Below, in pieces: positions 1-7,784 of a DNA stretch of 24,000 nt. The DNA lies in NCBI RefSeq assembly GCF_001482365.1, contig NZ_CP013254.1:370548-394547 (forward strand), read 5' to 3'. A program made the position numbers and the translations under genes. Source of the stretch: Kocuria flava (GTDB taxonomy: Bacteria > Actinomycetota > Actinomycetes > Actinomycetales > Micrococcaceae). The notes beneath the pieces are model-generated. The model was given only the letters and a program-made list of their open reading frames with translations, made no database searches and was not told the origin of the DNA. The stretch's first letter is position 1, and every line of letters starts with the position of its first letter.

Positions 1-242
1 GCGCGCAGCAGCAGCGCCGCCGCGGCCACGGCCAGGGCGCCGACCCGGGCGTCGAGCACGATCGCCTGCCCGGAGCCCACGGCGTTCATCACCACGAGCG
101 CCGCGAGCAGCCCGACCGTGACCGTCCCGGCCATCCGGCCCACCCGGGGGTCGTCGAGCACCCGGTCGGGGACGAGGTAGCCCACGAACTTCAGGGCGAA
201 GGCCAGCCCGGCGGCGGCGAGGACCCAGAACCAGGTGCTCAC
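1..242 (-). CDS. azlD: Branched-chain amino acid transport protein AzlD (N-terminal part; runs off the left edge)
   Basis: My reverse-strand translation from GTG (240-242) reads VSTWFWVLAAAGLAFALKFVGYLVPDRVLDDPRVGRMAGTVTVGLLAALVVMNAVGSGQAIVLDARVGALAVAAAALLLRA. This is a small hydrophobic protein of AzlD type. Its GTG overlaps the azlC stop as GTGA. It is absent from the ORF track because it is truncated by the window edge. Confidence 0.6.
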   Translation of the reverse strand, partial: MSTWFWVLAAAGLAFALKFVGYLVPDRVLDDPRVGRMAGTVTVGLLAALVVMNAVGSGQAIVLDARVGALAVAAAALLLR

Positions 243-973
243 GCCCCGGCCTCCCGGCAGCCGACCCGGGGCGCGGGGGCGCCGTCGCCGCCCCCGCCGC
301 GGCGGGCCCAGCCGATCGCCCCGGCGACGACCGCGGCCACGAGGATCGGCACCCCGGGCGGGAGCACGGGGATCGTCAGCGCCGTGACGAGCGCGCAGAC
401 GGCGGCCACCGCCACGGGCTCGCGCGCGCTCAGCCGCGGCCACAGCAGGCCCAGGAACGCGGCGACGGCGGCGCCGTCGAGACCCCACCGGGCGGGGTCG
501 CCCAGGGCGTTGCCCAGCAGCGCCCCCAGCACGGTGAACAGGTTCCACAGCACCCACACGCCCAGCCCGGCGACCCAGAACCCGCGCCGCTCCTCGACCG
601 GGTCGGCCTGGGAGGACGCGGCCGCGTTGGACTCGTCGATGGTCACGTGCGCCGCGAGCACCCTCTTCCAGCCGCGGGGGCGCACCAGGGCGTTCATGCT
701 CATCCCGTAGACGGCGTTGCGCACCCCCAGCAGCGTGGCCGCCCCGAGCGCGGAGGCCCCGGCGCCGCCGCCGGAGAGCACCCCGATGAACGCGAACTGC
801 GACCCGCCGGTGAACATCAGCGCGGACAGCGCCACCGTCTGCCAGAACGTCAGCCCCGCCGCGACGGACAGGGCGCCGAAGGAGATCCCGTACAGTCCCG
901 TGGCCACGGACAGGGACAGCCCGATCCGCACCGCCGGCGAGGACCGCCACGGCACGGCGGCCGCGGAGCTCAC
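239..973 (-). CDS. azlC: AzlC family branched-chain amino acid permease/exporter subunit (244 aa)
   Basis: This is the C-terminal 244 aa of track ORF 239..3052 (VSSAAAVPW...GLYGISFGALSVAAGLTFWQTVALSALMFTGGSQFAFIGVL...), a multi-TM AzlC-like sequence. The GTG at 971-973 overlaps the GH15 stop (GTGA). An alternative in-frame GTG lies at 929-931. The rest of the 937-aa ORF is an out-of-frame shadow of the GH15 gene. Confidence 0.8.
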   Translation of the reverse strand: MSSAAAVPWRSSPAVRIGLSLSVATGLYGISFGALSVAAGLTFWQTVALSALMFTGGSQFAFIGVLSGGGAGASALGAATLLGVRNAVYGMSMNALVRPRGWKRVLAAHVTIDESNAAASSQADPVEERRGFWVAGLGVWVLWNLFTVLGALLGNALGDPARWGLDGAAVAAFLGLLWPRLSAREPVAVAAVCALVTALTIPVLPPGVPILVAAVVAGAIGWARRGGGGDGAPAPRVGCREAGA

Positions 974-3036
974 GCCGGCTCCCCGCCGGCCGCCCCGGCC
1001 GGCGGGGCCGCGTACGACGGGACGGCGGACGGGGCCTCCCCGGCAGCGGAGGAGCCCTCCGGCGCCGCGGAGGGCTCCTCCGCGGGCGCGTCGAGGGCGT
1101 CCAGGGCGTCGAGGGCCTGCACGAGCGCGAGGTGGGTGAGGGTCTGCGGGAAGTTGCCGGTGAGCCGGTGCAGCTCGGGCGAGTACTCGGTGGCCAGCAG
1201 CCCGAGGTCGTTGGCCGTGGCGAGCACCCGGTCCACGAGCCGCTCGGCGTCCTCCCGCCGGCCGGTGCGGGCGTACTGGGCGGCCAGCCACAGGGACGCC
1301 CCGAGGTGCGGTGGGTCCTGGCCGGGGAAGCCGTCGACACCGATGACGCCCGCGTAGGCGTCGGGGTCGGCGGGGTCCACCGGGCCGAGGACGTTGCGGT
1401 AGCGGTGGATCAGCCCGCACGGGTGGCGCAGCTGCTCCTCGATCCGCCGCACGGTCCCGAGCATCCGCTCGTCGTCGTGGGCCACGAAGCCGACCTGCGG
1501 CAGCTGCAGCAGGGAGGCGTCCACGCTCGTGGTCCCGTAGTACTGGACGAACGAGCCGATCTCGGGGTCGTAGCCGGAGGTCCAGATCTCCTCGGCGAGC
1601 GCGTCCCGCAGCTGCTCCCACAGCGCGGCGTCGCCGGGCAGCCCGTGCACGCGTACGGCGTCCACCCCGGCCTGGAGGGCGGCCCACATGAGCACCCGGG
1701 AGTGCGTGTAGTACTGGCGCTCGCCGCGCATCTCCCACAGGCCCTGGTCCTGGACCTCGTAGTTCTCCACGACGGAGCGCAGCATCGCCTGCTGCAGCGG
1801 CCACGAGAGGTGGTCCTCGGCGGCCCCGCGCCGGCGCAGCCGCTCGAACACGACCATCACGTGGCCCACGGCGTCGGACTGGTGGTGCACGGCGGTGCCG
1901 TTGCCCTCCCGCACGGGCCGGGAGCGCTCGTAGCCGGGCAGGTCGAGCTGGTGCTCGCGCCCGCGCCGCTCCCCGGCCACGCCGTAGAGGTTCTGCAGGT
2001 CGTGGGGGTCCCCGGCCACCGAGCGCAGCAGCCAGTTGCGCAACTGGGAGGCCTCCCGGTCGTGGCCGTGGTCGAGCATGACCTCGAGGGCGGTGGCGGC
2101 GTCGCGCAGCCAGGCGAAGCGGTGGTCCCAGTTGCGCTCGCCGCCGATCACCTCGGGCAGGGACGTGGTGGGGGCGGCCACGAGCCCGCCGGTCTCCTGG
2201 TGCATCAGGGCGCGGACCACGAGCAGGGACCGGCGCACGGCCCCGGTCCGCTCGACCGGGACGGGTTCGTGCCCGGCCGCGGGCCCGTCGGGCTCCTCGG
2301 CCCCCGCCTCGGCGGGCCCGTAGAGCCCGGACCACTCCTGCCACAGCTCCACGGTGCGGTTGAGCTGGTCGTTGACGTCGATGGGCGCCGGGGGCGTGCG
2401 GTGGGAGGCGAAGTGGGTGAGCACGAAGTCGCGGGCCTGCCCGGCCGAGACCGTGAACGTCCCGCGGTGGCGGCGCTCGTCGTCGTCGCTCGCGGCCTCG
2501 GGCAGGGGCTCCCCGCGCAGGACGACGGCGTCGGGCCCGGCCATGGCCACGAGCATCGGGGGCGCGGCCTCCTCGCCGTCGGGGCCGAGCTCCCCCTCGA
2601 AGCGGCTGACCCAGGGCACCACGGTGCCGTAGCCGAAGCGGATCCGCAGCTCCTGGTACATCTCGACCTCGCCGGTGAGGCCCTCGACGCGGCGCACGAC
2701 GTCGGTGCGGGAGGTCAGCGGCAGGAAGTCGGTCACGCGCACGGAGCCGGTGTCGGTGACCCAGACGGTCTGCAGGACGAAGGTGTTCTCCACGTAGAAC
2801 CGCTCGGCGACCTGGGCGTCGGCGTCGTCGTCCTCGAGCAGGTCCCCGGCCTCGTCCACGGCCCCGGCGGGGGCGAGCAGCCAGCGCCCGTGCTCGGGCT
2901 CCCCGAGCAGGGCCCCGAAGACCGAGGGCGCGTCGAACCGCGGGGCGCACAGCCAGTCCAGCGACCCGCTGCGGGAGACGAGCGGGCCGGTGCGCATGTT
3001 CGAGAGCAGGGCGTAGTCCTCGATCGGTGAAGCCAT
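970..3036 (-). CDS. Glycoside hydrolase family 15 protein (glucoamylase/trehalase-like), 688 aa
   Basis: Track ORF 970..3054. The N-terminus MASPIEDYALLSNMRTGPLVSRSGSLDWLCAPRFDAPSVFGALLG is the typical GH15 N-terminal signature. The core contains ...ERNWDHRFAWLRDAA... and ...YTHSRVLMWAAL.... I prefer ATG 3034-3036 over ATG 3052-3054, which adds 6 aa. The C-terminus is an Ala/Pro/Glu-rich low-complexity tail. Confidence 0.85.
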   Translation of the reverse strand: MASPIEDYALLSNMRTGPLVSRSGSLDWLCAPRFDAPSVFGALLGEPEHGRWLLAPAGAVDEAGDLLEDDDADAQVAERFYVENTFVLQTVWVTDTGSVRVTDFLPLTSRTDVVRRVEGLTGEVEMYQELRIRFGYGTVVPWVSRFEGELGPDGEEAAPPMLVAMAGPDAVVLRGEPLPEAASDDDERRHRGTFTVSAGQARDFVLTHFASHRTPPAPIDVNDQLNRTVELWQEWSGLYGPAEAGAEEPDGPAAGHEPVPVERTGAVRRSLLVVRALMHQETGGLVAAPTTSLPEVIGGERNWDHRFAWLRDAATALEVMLDHGHDREASQLRNWLLRSVAGDPHDLQNLYGVAGERRGREHQLDLPGYERSRPVREGNGTAVHHQSDAVGHVMVVFERLRRRGAAEDHLSWPLQQAMLRSVVENYEVQDQGLWEMRGERQYYTHSRVLMWAALQAGVDAVRVHGLPGDAALWEQLRDALAEEIWTSGYDPEIGSFVQYYGTTSVDASLLQLPQVGFVAHDDERMLGTVRRIEEQLRHPCGLIHRYRNVLGPVDPADPDAYAGVIGVDGFPGQDPPHLGASLWLAAQYARTGRREDAERLVDRVLATANDLGLLATEYSPELHRLTGNFPQTLTHLALVQALDALDALDAPAEEPSAAPEGSSAAGEAPSAVPSYAAPPAGAAGGEPA
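1088..1114. repeat. 9-nt tandem repeat x3 (GCGTCSAGG) inside the GH15 C-terminal tail
   Basis: The units gcgtcgagg / gcgtccagg / gcgtcgagg lie at 1088-1096, 1097-1105 and 1106-1114. They encode the ALDALDALDA stretch of the GH15 protein. Confidence 0.7.
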
Positions 3037-3071
3037 GCCCCAAGATTCGCACATCGCACGGGCACCGGGGG

Positions 3072-3098
3072 TTGCACTATACCCCTAGGGGGTATAAT
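3072..3098 (+). promoter_or_regulatory. csoR-copZA promoter with overlapping CsoR-type operator
   Basis: TTGCAC (3072-3077), then a 15-nt spacer, then a perfect TATAAT (3093-3098). The near-palindrome TATACCCC-TA-GGGGGTATA (3078-3096) fills the spacer and overlaps the -10 box. It sits 29 nt upstream of the csoR GTG. The G/C-tract inverted repeat flanked by TA(T)A is the pattern of known CsoR operators. Confidence 0.6.
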
Positions 3099-3126
3099 CT
3101 CGGGGCAGGACGACCGAGGAGGACCC

Positions 3127-3441
3127 GTGACCGAGAACCTGCCGCCGCACGGCTACACCCAGGAGAAGGACGCCTGGCTCAAGCGCCTGCGCCGCATCGA
3201 GGGCCAGGTCCGCGGCATCCACCGCATGGTCCAGGAGGACCAGTACTGCATCGACGTCCTCACCCAGATCTCCGCGATCCAGTCGGCGCTGCGCTCCGTG
3301 AGCCTGGGCCTGCTCGACGAGCACCTGAACCACTGCGTGGCCGGTGCCGTGCAGGCGGCCCGGGAGACCGGCGGCACCGCGGACGTCGACGAGAAGCTGC
3401 GCGAGGCCTCCGCCGCCATCGCGCGCCTGGTCAAGAGCTGA
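3127..3441 (+). CDS. csoR: Copper-sensing transcriptional repressor, CsoR/RcnR (DUF156) family, 104 aa
   Basis: Track ORF. The sequence KDAWLKRLRRIEGQVRGIHRMVQEDQYCIDVLTQISAIQSALRSVSLGLLDEHLNHCV carries the Cys...His-x-x-x-Cys (C-H-C) Cu(I) ligand pattern. The start is GTG, preceded by GAGGAGGA (3116-3123). Confidence 0.9.
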   Translation: MTENLPPHGYTQEKDAWLKRLRRIEGQVRGIHRMVQEDQYCIDVLTQISAIQSALRSVSLGLLDEHLNHCVAGAVQAARETGGTADVDEKLREASAAIARLVKS

Positions 3442-3494
3442 CCGCGCCCCACCAGAACGACCCCACCAGCACCACGACCCACGAGGAGCACACC

Positions 3495-3704
3495 GTGCAG
3501 ACCGTCATCAACGTGTCCGGAATGACCTGCGGCCACTGCGTCACCGCCGTCACCGAGGAGCTCACCGCCCTGGAGGGCGTCCAGGCCGTCGACGTCGACC
3601 TCGTCGCCGGCGGGGTCTCCCCCGTGACCGTCACCGCCGGGCGCGAGCTGAGCCCGTCCGAGCTCCAGGAGGCCGTCGAGGAAGCGGGGTACAGCATTGC
3701 CTGA
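3495..3704 (+). CDS. copZ: Heavy-metal-associated (HMA) copper chaperone, CopZ-like, 69 aa
   Basis: This is the C-terminal part of track ORF 3027..3704: [40 protein letters not shown]...[10 protein letters not shown], with a GMTCxxC motif. GTG 3495 is preceded by GAGGAG (3483-3488) with a 6-nt spacer. Confidence 0.85.
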   Translation: MQTVINVSGMTCGHCVTAVTEELTALEGVQAVDVDLVAGGVSPVTVTAGRELSPSELQEAVEEAGYSIA

Positions 3705-6030
3705 GACCCGCACCCCCGTCCCGGCCGAGGTCGCGGGGCCGCTGCGCACCCTCGAGCTCGGCATCACCGGGATGACCTGCTCCTCGTGCGTGGCCCGGGT
3801 CGAGAAGAAGCTCGGGAAGCTCGAGGGCGTCGACGCCTCCGTGAACCTGGCCCTGGAGACCGCGACCGTCCACGCCCCCGAGGCCGTGAGCGACGAGGAG
3901 ATCCTGCGCACCGTGGAGAACGCCGGGTACGGGGCCGTCCTGCAGGGCGGGTCCGCCCCGGGCGGCTCCGCCGGGCCCTCCGGCGCGGCCGGGGACGACG
4001 ACGGCGGGGCGCGGCCCGGCCCCGACGCCATGGCCCGGGTGGCCGGGCGCGAGGCGTCCTCGCTGCGCTCCCCCGAGTCGCTGCGCCGCCGGCTCGTGGT
4101 CGCCGCCGCGCTGTCCGTGCCGGTGTTCGCGATCTCCATGGTCCCGGGGCTGCAGTTCCCGCACTGGGGCTGGGTGGTCGCGGTCCTGAGCCTGCCGGTC
4201 GTCACGTGGGCGGCCTGGCCCTTCCACCGCTCGGCGGCCGTCAACGCCCGGCACCTGACCTCCACCATGGACACCCTCGTCTCCATGGGCGTGTCCGCCG
4301 CCTACCTGTTCTCGCTGTGGAACCTGCTGCGCGACCCGGACATGACGGCCGGGGCGATGCTCGGCCACGCCATGGACATGAGCGGCCACCAGCTCTACTT
4401 CGAGACCGGCGCGCTCGTCACCGCGTTCCTGCTGCTCGGGCGCTGGCTCGAGGCCCGGGCCAAGGCCCGCTCCGGCGAGGCGCTGCGCGCCCTGCTGGAG
4501 CTCGGCGCGAAGGACGCGGTCGTGCTGCGCGACGGGCAGCAGGTGCGGGTGCCCGCGGAGGCCCTGCGCCCGGGCGACCGGATCCTGGTGCGCCCCGGGG
4601 AGAAGATCCCCACCGACGGCACGGTCCTCGAGGGCCGCTCCGCCGTGGACACCTCCCTGCTCACCGGCGAGTCCCTGCCGGTCGAGGTCGCCGAGGGGGA
4701 CACGGTCACGGGCGCGACCGTCAACACCACCGGCCGGCTCGTGGTCGAGGCCACCCGCGTGGGCGCCGACACGACCCTGGCCCAGATGGGCCGGATGGTC
4801 TCCCGGGCCCAGGCGACCAAGGCCCCCGTGGCCCGGCTGGCCGACCGCATCTCCGGGGTCTTCGTCCCGGTCGTGCTCGTGCTCGCCCTGGCCACGCTCA
4901 CCGGCTGGCTGCTGCTGACCGGGGACGTGCACGCCTCCTTCGTGGCCGCCGTCTCCGTGCTCGTCATCGCCTGCCCGTGCGCGCTGGGCCTGGCGACCCC
5001 CACGGCCCTGCTCACGGGCACGGGCCGCGGGGCCCAGCTGGGGATCCTCATCAAGAGCGCCGAGGTGCTCGAGGACACCCGCACCGTCGACACCGTGGTC
5101 CTCGACAAGACCGGCACCGTCACCAGCGGCCGGCTCGCCGTGGCCGCCGTGACCCCGCTCTCCGCGTGGTCGAAGGACCAGGTCCTGGACCTCGCGGCCT
5201 CCGTGGAGGACTCCTCCGAGCACCCGATCGCCCGCGCGATCGCGGCCGCGACCCCGCACCGCTTCCCCGTCTCCCGCTTCGTCTCCGCCCCCGGCGGCGG
5301 CGTGCGCGCCCACGTGGCCGACGGCATGCACTCGCGCTCCGTCGTCGTCGGGCGCACCACCTGGCTCGCGCAGAACGGGATCCGGCTCGACGACACCCAG
5401 CAGGAGGCCCTGCGCCGGGCGCAGGGCGGCGGGTTCACCACCGTCCTCGTGGCCGTGGACGGGGCGCTGGCCGGGTTCGTGGACCTCGCCGACACCGTCA
5501 AGGACGGTGCCCGCGAGGCCGTGGACCGCCTGCGGGAGCTCGGGCTGCGCCCGATGCTGCTGACCGGCGACAACGGGCCCGTGGCCCGGGCCGTGGCGGC
5601 CGAGGTCGGCATCCCCGCCGGGGACGTCGTCGCGGACGTCTCCCCGGAGGGCAAGGTCGCGGTGGTCCGGGACCTGCAGGACGAGGGCCGCGTGGTGGCC
5701 ATGGTCGGCGACGGCGTCAACGACGCCGCGGCGCTCGCCCAGGCCGACCTCGGCGTGGCGATGGGCTCCGGCACGGACGCGGCCATCGAGGCCGCGGACC
5801 TCACGATCGTGCGCGACGACGTGCGGGCGGTGCCGACGGCGATCGCGCTCTCCCGCCGGACCCTGGCCGTGATCAAGTCCAACCTGTTCTGGGCGTTCGC
5901 CTACAACGTGGTGGCCATCCCGGTGGCCGCCGCCGGGCTGCTCAACCCCGTGGTCGCCGGCGCGGCCATGGCCTTCAGCTCCGTGTTCGTGGTGCTGAAC
6001 TCGCTGCGGCTGCGCGGCTTCGGCCGCTGA
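3697..6030 (+). CDS. copA: Copper-translocating P1B-type ATPase, 777 aa
   Basis: Track ORF. It has an N-terminal HMA domain (GMTCSSC), the CPC motif ([12 protein letters not shown]), DKTGT (LDKTGTVT) and [11 protein letters not shown]. The TTG start at 3697 overlaps the copZ 3' end by 8 nt. A Gly/Ala/Asp-rich linker follows the metal-binding domain. Confidence 0.9.
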   Translation: MPETRTPVPAEVAGPLRTLELGITGMTCSSCVARVEKKLGKLEGVDASVNLALETATVHAPEAVSDEEILRTVENAGYGAVLQGGSAPGGSAGPSGAAGDDDGGARPGPDAMARVAGREASSLRSPESLRRRLVVAAALSVPVFAISMVPGLQFPHWGWVVAVLSLPVVTWAAWPFHRSAAVNARHLTSTMDTLVSMGVSAAYLFSLWNLLRDPDMTAGAMLGHAMDMSGHQLYFETGALVTAFLLLGRWLEARAKARSGEALRALLELGAKDAVVLRDGQQVRVPAEALRPGDRILVRPGEKIPTDGTVLEGRSAVDTSLLTGESLPVEVAEGDTVTGATVNTTGRLVVEATRVGADTTLAQMGRMVSRAQATKAPVARLADRISGVFVPVVLVLALATLTGWLLLTGDVHASFVAAVSVLVIACPCALGLATPTALLTGTGRGAQLGILIKSAEVLEDTRTVDTVVLDKTGTVTSGRLAVAAVTPLSAWSKDQVLDLAASVEDSSEHPIARAIAAATPHRFPVSRFVSAPGGGVRAHVADGMHSRSVVVGRTTWLAQNGIRLDDTQQEALRRAQGGGFTTVLVAVDGALAGFVDLADTVKDGAREAVDRLRELGLRPMLLTGDNGPVARAVAAEVGIPAGDVVADVSPEGKVAVVRDLQDEGRVVAMVGDGVNDAAALAQADLGVAMGSGTDAAIEAADLTIVRDDVRAVPTAIALSRRTLAVIKSNLFWAFAYNVVAIPVAAAGLLNPVVAGAAMAFSSVFVVLNSLRLRGFGR

Positions 6031-6031
6031 G

Positions 6032-6134
6032 CCGGCTCCCCGCCGCGGCGGGGAGCCGGAGGGCCCGCCGCGGCAGGAGGTCTCCTGTCGCGGCGGGCCC
6101 TCCGCCGTGGGCGGCCCGGCCCGCCGGGCACGGC
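6032..6134. terminator. Three stacked GC-rich hairpins between convergent copA and a small minus-strand gene
   Basis: Hairpin 1, 6032-6059: CCGGCTCCCCGC/cgcg/GCGGGGAGCCGG, 12-bp perfect stem. Hairpin 2, 6061-6100: GGGCCCGCCGCGgCAGGAG-gt-CTCCTGtCGCGGCGGGCCC, about 19 bp with one G:T. Hairpin 3, 6104-6134: GCCGTGGGCGG...CCGCCgggCACGGC, bulged. None has a U-tract, as is usual in high-GC actinobacteria. Confidence 0.5.
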
Positions 6135-6150
6135 ACGACGGGCCGGGGCC

Positions 6151-6342
6151 TCAGGCCGTGCCCGGGTTGACGGGGCTGTCCTCCTCGGTGTCCAGCTCGG
6201 GCAGGGACGCCTTGTGGTCCTCCTGGGCGACGTCGCCGGCGTCGTCGTCCGCGGAGCGCTCGGGGTGCTCCGCGAGCCGGTGCTCGACCTGCTCCTCGAA
6301 CTCGCCCTCGCCCTGGGCCGGCTGTGTCGGCTGATCGCTCAT
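6151..6342 (-). CDS. Hypothetical small acidic protein, 63 aa
   Basis: MSDQPTQPAQGEGEFEEQVEHRLAEHPERSADDDAGDVAQEDHKASLPELDTEEDSPVNPGTA. About 60 of 63 codons end in G/C. Upstream of ATG 6340-6342 the same frame immediately acquires A/T at third positions, so I reject the track's longer 110-aa version. GGGAG lies about 8 nt upstream. No family was recognised. Confidence 0.5.
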   Translation of the reverse strand: MSDQPTQPAQGEGEFEEQVEHRLAEHPERSADDDAGDVAQEDHKASLPELDTEEDSPVNPGTA

Positions 6343-6516
6343 GCGTGGCTCCCGTCTCGTGGCTGTGCGGCGCACGCCCGCGGCGGGCGCCTCCGTGCCG
6401 GCCGATCCTACCGGTGGGACGCGCGCACCGGCCAGAAACGGGACCGGTGGGATCCGGGTCGGGAGCGGCGGGCGCCGGACCACCGCGCCCGGCGCGGAGG
6501 GTGCGGGCCCGCCGGA

Positions 6517-6939
6517 TCAGGAGCGGGGGGCCGCGGGACCGTCGTCGGGGGTGCCGGGGCCGCGGCCGAGGAGGTCCTCGCCCTCGGTGTCGGGGCGCAC
6601 CCGGCGGCCGAACTCGGCCTCGCCGTCGCGGCGGGCGGCCGCCTCGCGCTGGCGCCGGGCCTTGGCCTCGGCGTAGAGCCGCGCGGAGGAGCGGTTCACG
6701 CCGGTGCCCTGGCCCAGGCTCGGGTCGTTGGGCCGCTCGACGATCATCAGGGTCGCGCTGACCACGACGGTCGCGATGAACGCGATGCCGGCGGCGATGA
6801 GGGCCAGGTCCAGGCGCAGCGCGTTGTCGGTGCCGCCGGTCGCGAAGATCGCCACGGCGGCGAAGGCGACCACGGCCATCACGGTGGAGAGGATGAGCGG
6901 TCCCTTGACGTCGGCCCGGGAGCCCTTGCGCTGTGCCAC
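6517..6939 (-). CDS. Hypothetical membrane protein, 140 aa (two predicted TM helices plus a charged C-terminal tail)
   Basis: Track ORF. The GTG start (6937-6939) is preceded by AAGGAGGA (6943-6950). The hydrophobic segments are PLILSTVMAVVAFAAVAIFA and LALIAAGIAFIATVVVSATLMIV, followed by an Arg/Glu/Asp-rich tail. Confidence 0.65.
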   Translation of the reverse strand: MAQRKGSRADVKGPLILSTVMAVVAFAAVAIFATGGTDNALRLDLALIAAGIAFIATVVVSATLMIVERPNDPSLGQGTGVNRSSARLYAEAKARRQREAAARRDGEAEFGRRVRPDTEGEDLLGRGPGTPDDGPAAPRS

Positions 6940-7041
6940 TCGTCCTCCTTCGGGAAGGTGCTGCTGGGGTGGGGTGCCGCGGGGATCCGGCCCGCGCGGC
7001 GCGGCCGGCCCCGACCGGGGTCCGGCCCGCGGTGGTCCAGT

Positions 7042-7632
7042 CTACGCCGTCCCGGTGGGGGCCCGTCCCCGGCGGTCCTCGTGGCGCAGGGTCAGCGCGG
7101 CGAGCAGGTGGGTCACGCCGATCACGATCGCGGAGCCGCCGACCACGCCGAACAGGGCCTTGGGGCCGAGGTCGACGACGAGCACGAGCCCGGTCGCGGC
7201 GAGGACCGTGGCGAGCCCGGCGATGGTCCAGTCCCGGCCCAGGGGGAAGTCCGTGCGGTGCTTCAGGCCCAGGGCGAGCTCGGTGAGCCCCGCCAGGCCC
7301 ATGACCGACCCGGCGTAGAGGACCAGGCTCGCGGGGTCCTCCGCGCCGAGGGCCGTGAGGACGCCGCCGACGAGGTAGAGCACCCCGTAGGACTGGGGGA
7401 TCTGGCGGCCGGGCCCGAGGTCGACGGCGTCGTTGCCGTTGAGCCGCAGCTGCAGCAGGACGCTCGCCGCCCCGGTCGCGGCCAGGTACAGGCCCGTGCC
7501 CCACGCCACGGCGGTCATCCCCGGCTCCTGCCAGAAGATCGTCACGGCCCCCAGCACGAGGGCCGCGAGCGCGCGCACCAGCGTGGGCGCGAACAGGTCG
7601 CGGTGGATGCCGGTGCTCGGGTCGGGCTGCAC
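7042..7632 (-). CDS. Hypothetical integral membrane protein, 196 aa (about 6 TM; possibly HdeD/DUF308-like)
   Basis: Track ORF with GTG start 7630-7632. It has repeated Gly/Ala/Leu-rich hydrophobic segments throughout. The family assignment rests only on overall resemblance and is uncertain. Confidence 0.6.
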   Translation of the reverse strand: MQPDPSTGIHRDLFAPTLVRALAALVLGAVTIFWQEPGMTAVAWGTGLYLAATGAASVLLQLRLNGNDAVDLGPGRQIPQSYGVLYLVGGVLTALGAEDPASLVLYAGSVMGLAGLTELALGLKHRTDFPLGRDWTIAGLATVLAATGLVLVVDLGPKALFGVVGGSAIVIGVTHLLAALTLRHEDRRGRAPTGTA

Positions 7633-7690
7633 GGATCGGGCCTTTCGGGAGGGTGCGGGGAGGGGCGGAGCGCCCCGGCCAGTCTAGCCA

Positions 7691-7715
7691 CCGGGGCGGG
7701 GCCCGCCCGCCCCGG
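7691..7715 (-). terminator. Candidate hairpin terminator downstream of pdxR
   Basis: CCGGGGCGGG-gcccg-CCCGCCCCGG, a 10-bp perfect stem with a 5-nt loop, about 70 nt after the pdxR stop (7785-7787). Confidence 0.35.
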
Positions 7716-7784
7716 GTCCGCCGGGAGCCCGGCCCCCCGGGCACCTCCCAGCGCACCCCCGGCCCGTGCCCAGGAGGGCCGCGC

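Noticed and set aside
1132-3030. 632-aa plus-strand ORF antisense to GH15, and smaller ORFs at 384-1357, 2036-2632 and 2733-3077.
   Set aside because: These are typical high-GC shadow ORFs with low-complexity composition (G/V/P/R/H/A-rich or P/S/T/A/R-rich) and no recognisable motifs. They overlap well-supported genes.
239-3052. 937-aa minus-strand ORF spanning azlC and the whole GH15 region.
   Set aside because: Only the last 244 aa (AzlC) look like protein. The upstream about 690 aa are Arg/Pro/Gly/Ala-rich and are an alternative frame of the GH15 gene, which has clear family signatures in its own frame.
3153-6170. Long ORFs overlapping copA on both strands (3153-4286, 3631-5331, 3786-6170, 4395-5882, 3344-3775).
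   Set aside because: Their translations are Arg/Gly/Pro or Ser/Thr/Ala/Arg-rich with no domains. copA in its own frame has every P1B-ATPase motif.
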